A DNA stretch of 64,000 nucleotides from Takakia lepidozioides (Eukaryota > Plantae > Bryophyta): positions 38,006,001 through 38,070,000 of the forward strand of contig CM060731.1 in assembly GCA_030704615.1 (NCBI GenBank), read 5' to 3'. The notes under the pieces were generated by a model. That model was not told the DNA's origin and ran no database searches. It saw only the letters and a list, made by a program, of their open reading frames with translations. The first letter of the stretch is position 1; each line of letters starts with the position of its first letter. Made by a program: the position numbers and the translations under genes. This document shows positions 54,091 to 64,000 of this stretch, piece after piece.

Positions 54091-54234
54091 TGCATGTTGT
54101 GTGGATCTGCTAGAGGGGCAGCCACCATGCTGGTGTGTGATCGATGCTCAAGAGGTTGGCATATGGGATGTTTGACTCCACCTATTGAGATGGTTCCTGA
54201 TGGGGATTGGTTATGTCCGCATTGCATTGGATAG
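54091..54234 (+). other. Intact C4HC3 PHD finger at integrase C-terminus (copy 2)
   Basis: CMLCGSARGAATMLVCDRCSRGWHMGCLTPPIEMVPDGDWLCPHC. Confidence 0.92.
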
Positions 54235-54491
54235 TGGGAGTTGATACAACCATGGAAGGCAAACAAGAAATGCAAGGCCAAGCTACTAGGAGACCAATAC
54301 ACGAGATCCTGGCTCAAGTTCACAGATTGCAAGACGGCGACTAACGATGGGGCTACTTTTGTACCCGACCTCTTGGTCTATAGAGTTTGAGTACAATAGG
54401 GATAGTGATAGAGAACTTAGTACGGCTGTGGCTATTACTTCTTGTAGCTATCTGGAGTTAGAGGGACCTAACCACCAGCTAGGGGGGCGAT

Positions 54492-54576
54492 TGTGATAGA
54501 CTACTTTATTGTGCATATATGTGTGGTAAAGTTTGGATAACGATGTGGTTGTGTAGCGATACGTATGCGCACGACA
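54492..54576 (+). repeat. Family B 3' LTR (85 bp)
   Basis: TGTGATAG after PPT; ends GCGCACGACA. Confidence 0.65.
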
Positions 54577-56624
54577 GCTGTCAAGTTAAATAAACACAGT
54601 GTGAAACTAACTAGAATAAATCTAGTTCTGAAAGAATTGTGAGGTGATATCAGAGATTGAGGCAAGTGCAGAAGGGCCGGCTACCATGTTTGGCTTGCTT
54701 GGGCAGTGCTCCAGACTCTTGGGTATGTGCCCCTTCAATATCTTTTCACCTCCAATATTTTAATCATGCTGTGCATGTGGTACTTGCAACACTGTGTCCC
54801 GGTGGGCTCCCCTTAGCCTGCCACGCATTGGTTTTACAAAAACATTATGACATATCTATTTTTCATGTTTCAAGAGCTTATAGTATCCATTGGATGCTGG
54901 CCTACCTAGTGATGCATTGTTCTGCAGTAAAATTAACTTGCTTGTCTATATTGCAAAAAAGCAGGGCGGCTCAAGAGCTATGGCGTAGTGGCTCACATGT
55001 GGGGCCACTTGAAGGCGTCTCCTCGAGTGGCCTTCAAAGTACGGGCATCCAGTTTGCCAACTCCTTCTACCTTTTCTCTCTCACTACAACAACAGTCCAA
55101 GAATGTGGCCCTTGCAGTCGTGAAAATTGCAGCTCTAGTTTTCACCGGGTATCGCTTCCAAGATACCACTAGACAGTCCGATGTTGTTGAAATACAGCCC
55201 CATATTTTCTTTTCATACCTTCTGGTTACACCAGTTACCTCTCTATGTTTAGAGGATAGAAGAACATATTCTTGGATGCTTTGTGAAATGCTCTGAAGTT
55301 TATATCTGAACTCGTCCGCTATATGTATCATGCCTGTAGGTAGTGAGGGCATGTGCATGACACTCAGTTTAATTTTGGCAGGAAGATTTTCTTCATCGAG
55401 AATACAATAGCCTGGAAGTAATAACCATGCGGACTAGCTAAGACTTTTGAGGTGGCCTACATTCAAAGCATGGGCCTGAAGATCTAGTGTTAGAGGATCA
55501 GTACATACGCTAACACAAGATCTTCAAGTGCATGCATTGGATAAGGCTTCACAGGTAAAGACATCAGCGAAAAAATTTACAAAGAGGTTTATGGTGACAT
55601 CCTCAAATCTGCAATTGTATCAGATGTCATTCACGACACTACCCTCATGTCTATATATGCTGAACGGAGCTGTCCCATTTGACAGATTGATTACCTTCGA
55701 GATATTACATGTTCATATGTAAAGGGGGCAAGTGTTATGGTGTACCAGCCCTGACTTTGGCCCACATGCAAGGCACTTGGTGCCTGGGCATGCCAGTGGG
55801 TTCAACTCCCACTTGGGTCTTGCACTGAACTTGTATTCACTTTGCAAAGAAGCCTTCCCCTTTTGGTTGCACTTGGAAATTTTTATATGAACTTGCAAAC
55901 AATACACACAACTTTGACCAACATTTTAAGACTTGGGCATTTTTCTCTCCAACATTTAGTTGGACTTCAATCACAAATTTGGTGTGTTCCCCAAATGTGG
56001 CCATTGACTATATTTGGTTAGAGACATGAATTGGGGTTTAGTCAAAATTCTCTGTTTTTACTATTTCTGATTTAGAAAAGTTTGCAGCGGGATGGTATGC
56101 AAATTTGGCAGTCTTGCCATAGTTGATCATAGCTACTTTGCTTTTAGCAAGGGTGGCTATTGGATGGCAAAAGTAGAATAGCCAGAAATATTGTTCACAA
56201 CTTCTTTACCCCCATCCAAGTAAGGTACAAAGGATGCCCCATCAAATCTGCATATTTTGAAGTGAAAATTTTCAGACATATGCTTGACTTGATTATGGAC
56301 TAGAATCCATTCCCAATTTCCCATGTTTTTTGGAAAATATTTCCGTGGTTTATTTTGCCATCCAACATTTGACAGAGCCAGCTATGTTGATTTCACCATT
56401 GGCCCAAGATCAAACTTTATAATCTCAGAGATCCAACGGTGGTTTCCTGTTTTGTTTTCGGCATTGGATGCGGAAGGTGTGGGCATCCAACCCTACGGTG
56501 GACAAGACTGGTTCGTCCACAATCTAGAGCTATGGTCCCCAACCTGCTAGGGGGTCTGCCAGGCCAATTTCCAGCCCACCCAGGGTCCTTTAAGGGTTAA
56601 TATAATAGTTTCACATGATTCTTT

Positions 56625-56756
56625 TCACAATTGCTTCTCAATTTGGTTTTGATGCATCCAAGTATATTGGCTGGTTTGCAAGTCACTAGACATGGAGGCA
56701 AACCAACAAGTGTACTTGGATGCTTCAAAACTAACCACTTGAGAGACATATTGTGA
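56625..56756. repeat. Imperfect inverted repeat / fold-back hairpin
   Basis: TTTTGATGCATCCAAGTATATTGGCTGGTTTGC pairs with GCAAACCAACAAGTGTACTTGGATGCTTCAAAA; ~55-bp arms. Confidence 0.75.
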
Positions 56757-56925
56757 TTGGAAGCTGGAAGCTGCCTGCTGGCCTTGGTTATTTGTTATTT
56801 CCTATGTGGTTTGTAATCAATATGGCCTCTCTGGGGGCTTCTTCTTTCCCTTTCTAATATTAAAATGTAATTTTTTAATTTGTTTCCAAGAAACACAGGG
56901 CCACCCAGCCCCAGCTATGTGATTT

Positions 56926-57116
56926 TTCTTTTTTCTTTTTCTTTTTTTTCCCTTGAGGGGGAAAATAAACCCCCTTTCTAAGGGGAGCCATGGCCGAGGC
57001 ATCTCAGGGGCAGAGCCCCAGCGGGAAAGCAGAGAGACAGATGACAGGGGTTTGAACCCCAGATCCACCGGCCAATACATGAGTGGCTTACCGCAGGGCC
57101 ACAGCCCTGTTCTGTA
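56926..57116 (-). mobile_element. tRNA-derived SINE with A-rich tail
   Basis: A box TGGCCCTGCGG, B box GGTTCAAACCC, A-rich tail, TSD ATGTGATTT at 56917-56925 and 57117-57125. Confidence 0.8.
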
Positions 57117-57278
57117 ATGTGATTTGTTTTCCAAAAAAAGAAGTAAAAAAAAACTGTTTCTCTTAACGTACATAAATGTCTTACAATTAACTTATGAGTT
57201 GATGAAAACCTCTTTCAATCTGGATGGATCCAGCATGTCTTGATTGCATTGCTATGGAGAGTGCTGATTTAGTCAGCT

Positions 57279-57429
57279 TAAAAAAAAGAAAAAAAGTGAA
57301 CGCGTTGCCGAAGCAAGCGTAACCCGGTGGGAAGGTGGACAGCGTATATGACTTCCAATTGGTGGATTGAACCCACAACCACTCGTGAGACGGTATGTGC
57401 CCTTACCACGGGGCTACATGCTGGTTGTC
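57279..57429 (-). mobile_element. Second tRNA-derived SINE with T-rich tail
   Basis: A box TAGCCCCGTGG, B box GGTTCAATCC, T tail, near-perfect TSD TTAGT(C/T)AGCT at 57269 and 57430. Confidence 0.6.
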
Positions 57430-57769
57430 TTAGTTAGCTACTTTGTAATCAGACGGTGTGGTACTGACATTGGTATTGCAATCAGCACTTCTAACAAGTG
57501 TGGCATTCTACATGCGATGTGTGGTCAGGGAAGGCAGAGCCAAATGGGCTCTCACATAGTCATAATAGTGATCATCAGTCTATGTTATGTGTTATGAGTA
57601 GACAAGGGAAAAGTGAATGGGTATATCACATCAACAAGTGTTTCTGGCTTTGTTCCTCTCTCATGTTTTCTTCCATTTTGTCCCATAAGCTCTATGAGCT
57701 TTCCGCGGACGTTATAAAGCACCATTTCATTTCATTTCATTTCATTTCCAATCTACACAAACTGGACAT

Positions 57770-59120
57770 TTAGCTCACTTCTGTCTCTTTCAACTTGTAC
57801 ACAAGTATAGACATACAGCTCACCAGATTAAAATTAAATAAGCTGAACTGATCCGTGCTGACGTCGCTCCACAGGCATGCATCTCGTTTCCAAGGAGACG
57901 TGCAAATACTAGTGTAGAGATGAACACGTCAATGGGTGGGAGATTCTTAGAGTACTGTCATGTCCACCGCTGCTTTGAAAGCAGCTCTGTTGTAACCAGC
58001 TGCAAGTAGATCAAATCCATGATCAATTTGGGCATCTACCTCACTTTTTCTCTTTCAACTTGCACACAATTGTGCACATCCAGCTCACCATACTGAGATT
58101 AAATAAGTTGATTAACTGATCCGTGCACGCGTCGCTCTAGCCACATGAATCTCCTTGTAACCAAAGGAGCCGTGCAAATAGTGGTGGAGGGATGAGCCAC
58201 GTCGATGGGAGGGAGATGCTCAGAGAGTACTGTCATGTCCACCGCTGCTTTGACAGCTCTGTTGTAGCCTGCAATTTTGGGTAGACACACCGACCAAGAT
58301 GGCGACGTTCGCTTTGCTGAGCCACGATCAGCAGCTCTGGTTTGTCGGTTGTAGGCTCAGTAGCTGCTCAACAGACGTTAGCCATCGAATCCGCATACGC
58401 GAAGTTTCTGCAGTAATGGGCTTGATGTGCTTGGATCAATCCAACCGTTTTACAGACAGACATACAGCTCACCATATTAAAATTAAATAAGTTGAACTGA
58501 TCAGTGCTGACGTCGCTCCAGCGGCATGCATCTCGTTGTAGCCAAGCAGACGTGCAAATAGTGGTGCAGAGATGAAACACGTCGATGGGAGGGAGATTCT
58601 TACAGTACTGTCATGTCCACCGCTGCTTTGAAAGCAGCTCTGTTAATGTAACCAGCTGCAAATTAATCAAATCTATGATCAATTTTCGACATCTAGCTTA
58701 CTTCTGTCTCTTTCAACTTGCACACAATTGTGCACATCCAGCTCACCATACTGAAAATAAATAAGTTGATTAACTGATCCGTGCATGCGTCGCTCTAGCC
58801 GCATGCATCTCGTTGTAACGAAGGAAACGTGGTGCAAATAGTGGTGGACCGATGAGACACGTAGATGGGAGGGAGATGCTTAGAGTACTGTCATGTCCAC
58901 CGCTGCTTTGACAGCTGGTGTAGCCTGCCGCAAGTTGCGTAGACACACCGACCAAGATGGCGACTTTCGCTTTGCCGAGCCACGATCAGCAGCGCTGGTT
59001 TGTCGGTTGTAGGCTCTGTAGCTGCTCACCAGACGTTAGCCATCGAATCCGCATATGCGAAATTTCTGCAATTTCTGTTGGAATGGTCAATGGGCTTGAC
59101 ATGCCTGGATCAATCCAACC
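57770..59120. repeat. ~658-bp tandem duplication, each unit with two related ~265-bp subunits
   Basis: CAGCTCACCA..AAATAAG at 57817, 58081, 58465, 58739; GTAGACACACCGACCAAGATGGCG at 58282 and 58939. Confidence 0.85.
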
Positions 59121-61789
59121 GTTGTGTTGTTGTTGTTTTGTTTTGTTTTGTTTTTTTCCCATGCAGTTCACTTACCAGTAGTGAAAGCAACTAATTACAT
59201 ATCCTTAAGAGAAAGTATTGAATTGAGCTTAAGATATATACCGTACAGAGTCTGTAAGTTTGTTTTCAATCTGCAGTAGAATAAGGATTCATCAGAAGAT
59301 TCAATGGAGCTCACTAAGTCATGAGTCCCACTAGAAAATCTATGATATTATTTACCTTAACTTTAATATGTCCAAGCTGTTTTAGTTTGCTGAGCCATGA
59401 TCAGCAGCGCTGGTTTGTTGGTTGTATCTGCATCCACGCACAGTTGTTTAATGTAAAGGACAGTGGAACTTAGCCTCAACTTAGCATACTGCACGTACGT
59501 GTTCCTTGCTCTTTGCCTTTTGTATTGATCAGAAGTCAGGAACATCAGGAATTCGTCGTAGCTTGTTTATCGTAGAATTCAAGTTGTGTGGTGTAATGTA
59601 ATCCGTACATTTAACCAGGAGTGCAGATCGGCAGACTTTATTAGTGCTGAGTCTACCACACTGCCAAGATTGTGAAACCCTGCAGATTAATTTAGCAAGG
59701 AAGTTACTGCAATCAAAACAAGTTGAGATTGAAAGAGGTTGCAGTCAGCAACTGCCTGAGTTGGCTTACCAATAGTCGATCCCATCAGGGGCAGCCATAG
59801 GCCAATTTGTGGAACACGATCTTGTCCCATCGATGAGATGTAATGTAGGGTTGAAATGGAGCCAAGTGTCAGCATGACAGCCTAGTGGAACCATGATTTG
59901 ATTTGAGTAGATTGAGCAGATTTTTATGTAGCGGAAAGTTGCTGCCCGCGGACTCGACGGAAAGTCGGCGGGCAGGAACTTTCCGCCATACCGCAGTGTA
60001 GTCAGTGCCTTGTCTGCTCCCATCCAGGGGCAGGGGGGAGGGGTATAAGAGAGGGAGCGGAGAAGGGAGGAGCAGGGTTCCACCAGGTGTCTCATGACTT
60101 CAGTCACCATGACCAGCTCTTTTCGCTATTTGATCTCAAGGAAGAAGGGAGAATGTTCAGTAAACTAGTGAGGTTGTTGATGCAGGGGCACACACTAGCT
60201 GATACAGGGGCAGCCTGTTTGAGCTCCTCTCGCTCTTGACTCGAGGAAGAAGGGAGAAGGCTAAATGAGACAGTGAGGACTTACGGAGGTAGAGGCAGGA
60301 AAAGGAGGGACATAAATTGCTCAGGTAATTAAGCCTGTTTAACTGAGCTTATGGGAGAGGAGGTCGTATAGTTTTGAGGACCGTTTGCTTCGGCTGTACG
60401 GTTCAATCAATGATCAGACCTGCAAAAGCAACTTCCAAAGAAGTCCACAGATCAGATGAAGCCAAATTTGCAGTTGGAAGCAAAGAGCAGACGAAGCACA
60501 CTCCCGCATGAACGTAAATGCTTCCCTTGTTGATGGACCTTGCGTTCAATGAATGATCAGACCTGCAAACTTCCAACTGCAAGCTTTGTGACTAGTCTCA
60601 GCGGATCTCTTCGCTAGCAACTTGCTGCAAAGAAATCCGTTGAGACTAACACAAAAATTGCTGGTGGAAGCAAAGACATGAAGAGGTTGAGTTTGAGCTA
60701 TTGGATGCTTCTACCATCCGTTTTTCAAGGAATGACCTCTATCCTCGCTGTACGTGTAGCATGCTCATTTGATACAAAATGTCATGAAATGTTTGTTTTT
60801 GGAGTAAGACCCAAGTAAGATGGGTGATGGGGTGACTGTATGATCCTCAAAGTGCACCTGCCCCAGCTCCAGAACAGATAGCTGCTGAAAAAGCCCCATC
60901 TGGTGCATCTGATGAGTTTCACGGATCATGGAATGCACCGGACAGACCTGATCTGGTAAGTGGTGGGAACTTGTGTGGAGGTGATATCGCATGGCCGTGG
61001 GTTTGAATTAACTAGCTCTAGACTTGCTCAGATTCCCTCCTGTACCTAAAATAATGAAGGGGATATGATTAAGGCCACATGGTTTAGGCGAGCAACATTT
61101 TTTTCTTCAAGATTTCATCAGTGTCAGGACAATTCATTTTCATGACAGGGATACTAGAGGGACACTCGAGGGACATTCTATACTAACAAACATCCTCTGG
61201 CTTAGTTGGCTGTATCTTTCTGTTTAATGCTCAGAGTCCATGGTAACCATATTGCTACCAGGTTTAATGACCTTCATCTCCTGTTTTTTTGTCCTTAGTC
61301 AGATGACCTGTGCAATTCTAGCTGGTGAAGGGGGATGGCTTCTAGTCAGTTTTGCTTATATAGATGCTCTTAAGCGATCTTTCTATTTTGTGCATGCTAA
61401 TTTGTAGGATCTCCTCTGCACACCGACGCAACCAGCCCTGAGATTGTGGGGAGCCCTTCTAGGAGGTTTCCACCCGGACAGAACCATCTTCCTGGCTCTC
61501 GATCGCACATATACGTACAGGGGAGGCTTTTTCTTGTAGTTCTCATAAGGATGCCCTACCCCTATACGAGAGTTCAAGGGCTAGGAATTCTTATGAGAAC
61601 ACCAGAAAAATCCTCCCAGTCGCAAAGAATGGAGAAATGCTTTCCTTCAGGTTTCATATTTTTTCAGATTATGGGATTCCCTATCGATGTCGATTTACTG
61701 TTGATAGCAGGTTACACCAAAAATACCTGCTGGGAGATAAGCTCCAGGACGAAGCCTCACTCCATCGGTAATTATACTCACAGCCCTAC

Positions 61790-62950
61790 CTCTTTTGCTC
61801 AGGATCCCTCTTCGTGTCCCCTGGATCTGTATGTGTATGGACATTAGTCTGTTCTCCTCTGCCTGCTTGCTCAATCCCGCAGCTAGTCTCCTCTTCTTAA
61901 TTTTAGTGTCTTTCCATGAGTAATTAAACTGCCCATCAGACATATTTTGCTAATGGATCCCTCTTTTGGTCCCTAGATCTGTATGTGTATGTATTCTCTT
62001 CCTCTGCGTCCTTGTTCAGCAATCCTGCTAGTCTCCTCTGCTGTCTCAGTTTCTCACCTCCGGTGTGGAGTGAAAGCTGGAAAAATGATTGAACGCCTCA
62101 CACGCTATGGTTCACCCGTCTATAATATTGGTTGCCAGATGAAAACAAAATGACGAGAGCAGGTTCCCTCTTCCGGAAAGCCAGCTGTGAGCTCACCACT
62201 GCTACTCCTCATATCAGCTCATCATGTGAGGCATTGATTCTGAGTACAAGGCTGAGGATCTAATGGCAGAAAATTCAGAGGAGTCCCAGACTTGCTTAGA
62301 GCCAATGTGGAGATCAGCCCCGAGGATGCGGGCGAAGATTGTTCAGCGCCCTGAGCTGCCAACCCACCAGGGACGACAACCACCTTCCTGGTTATGGCAC
62401 ACATAAGCATCGGTACTTCAACTCCTGGCCACCTTACTTCTTTTGCTCATCGATCCCTCATTTTCGTCCCTATATCTGTATGTGTATTTCACCCTGCTCT
62501 CCCTTTGCCTGCTTGCTCAGTCTTGCTAGTCGAGATCCTCTCCTCTTCTGTATCATACAGTCTTCCGCAAGTAATTTTAATCTCCCCATCCTCCCTCATA
62601 TATCACCAAGTCATGGCTATGGCAGTGAGACCAAGAATGAAGACGTACCCCATCGATTATGAAACTCCGATCCCCATCTTATAACCTCTTTTGCTCATCG
62701 ATCCCTCGTTTCTTTCCTGGATCTGTATGTGTATGTCAACCTGCTCCCCCTCTGTCTGCTTGCTTAATCTTGCTAGTCTTGTCTTCCATATCAGTGTCTT
62801 CCATAAATCTCCCCAGCCTCACTCTAATTTTTCTTATCGTGTCTTCTGGATCATGTCCATCAGTAATAAAACTCTGATCATCCTCAACGGATCATCCTCC
62901 CTTTTTGGGTCATTTGATCCCACTTTTTGTCCCTACATCTCTGTCTATGT
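61790..62950. repeat. Degenerate dispersed ~100-150-bp CT-rich repeat
   Basis: CTTTTGCTCA..GATCCCT...ATCTGTATGTGTAT...CTGCTTGCT..GCTAGTC near 61790, 61945, 62438, 62686, 62900. Confidence 0.65.
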
Positions 62951-64000
62951 GAGTCTCCCTCCAGATGCTTCATTGTTCAATATAGTACTTAACTTTACTT
63001 TTCTCCCTCCTATTTCTGTTTGGAGCAAAAAAGATTGGACATCTCAATGTATAGTTCACTTGTCTACAATGGTGGCAAAACGAAGACAAAGATGAAGAAT
63101 CTTGATAGGAGCCTGCAGGTTCCTATCAACGCAGTGTGTATTCCATCACTGTCAAATCCAATTTATCATGAAGAAAACTCACCAAATGTTCAATGCATCC
63201 ATACAAATGCACCTTTGGTCGTACCATACTCCAAAGATATTTGATTTTTTAGGATTACGGTTTAGAATTTCTAGGCTCTCTAGGTGCTTGGCCACCCAAG
63301 GTACCAAAATATATGCCTGAGGATCAACAACAAGTACATTTTCAGTCACCCTAAACTCTAAATTCTCTATTGGTAGTTACAGGGCTCACTAAGGTAGACA
63401 TCCCAAGATGCCCACTAAATTTGTGACTATCAAACAAAATGGAGAGAGAAATGTTGGCCCACTCTGGCAGCCACCACCAGAATTTGCCAGATTGAAGTAA
63501 TAAAATGGAACAGAAGTGAGATCTACCTTTGGCACCCCAAGGTGGCCATTCTGTTTGGCATTTAAAAATATGATAGAAAATGGTAGGGCCATTTCAAGTG
63601 ATACTTCCAATAAAGTGTGCGCACTGGTGCAAGCTGTGGCCAGGGAGATGTTAAGATGACAGTTTTCATGAAAGAAGAAAGTATCTCTACCACACACTGT
63701 CATTGTCCCTGCCCCTCCAATCTAGAATGAATGCGCCTCAAATATATAAAGGAAGTGTTTAACAATACCCTAACAAAAAGTTGTGTCATGGAGCCTGTTC
63801 TGGGTCTGCAATCTGTACATATATGCCAAATGTCCCTAAAGAAGCTCAATTTGAGTACAACCTAACAGCCCAGAGTACTTTGCGGTCATAACCTACTAAC
63901 CTTCAACCTATGTGCAAAAAGTGACAATCTGCCTGAAACTCAGGTTTGGAGAGATGATTGACAATGTGCCAAAAGGCAATCGGCCAACCTTATCTGTGTG

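Larger units (their letters stand above)
48500..54576 (+). mobile_element. Family B Ty3/Gypsy retrotransposon copy 2 (5' truncated) with DNMT and PHD
   Basis: Collinear with 31950-38620; LLDSGA, DNMT, CYIDD, integrase HEELGH..CMVC, PHD; ~310-bp deletion near 52771; PPT 54481-54490. Confidence 0.93.

Noticed and set aside
54950-55720. Host gene exons
   Set aside because: Splice-like sites exist but frames are short, contain stops and show no recognisable domain
57040-57110. Functional tRNA gene
   Set aside because: A/B boxes present but no convincing cloverleaf; tail and TSD indicate a SINE
60820-61560. Two-exon gene fragment (GTAAG donor ~60956, TTTGTAG acceptor ~61407)
   Set aside because: No consistent start or frame and no recognisable protein; unsupported without transcripts

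Overview
Eukaryotic, probably streptophyte/land-plant, transposon nest (host inferred, not certain). Positions 1-54.6 kb are almost entirely nested, degenerate LTR retrotransposons. Family A is an Athila/Tat-like Ty3/Gypsy element with ~0.9-1.1 kb TGTTAG...CGACA LTRs containing a GGCTGTG minisatellite, an Arg-like PBS and a large extra ORF after integrase; it occurs as several nested, deleted and inverted pieces. There is also a related Gypsy fragment (family C), a Ty1/Copia gag-protease fragment, a repeat-rich segment with a RING-H2 pseudogene, and two copies of family B. Family B is the highlight: a Ty3/Gypsy element whose polyprotein reads Gag-protease-[DNMT3-like C5 cytosine methyltransferase]-TAG CAA CCA (in-frame stop in a TMV-type readthrough context, shared by both copies)-RT-RNaseH-integrase-[PHD finger], ending in very short LTRs. 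The last ~9.4 kb are non-coding, with two tRNA-derived SINEs, a fold-back hairpin and local duplications. No intact host gene was recognised.
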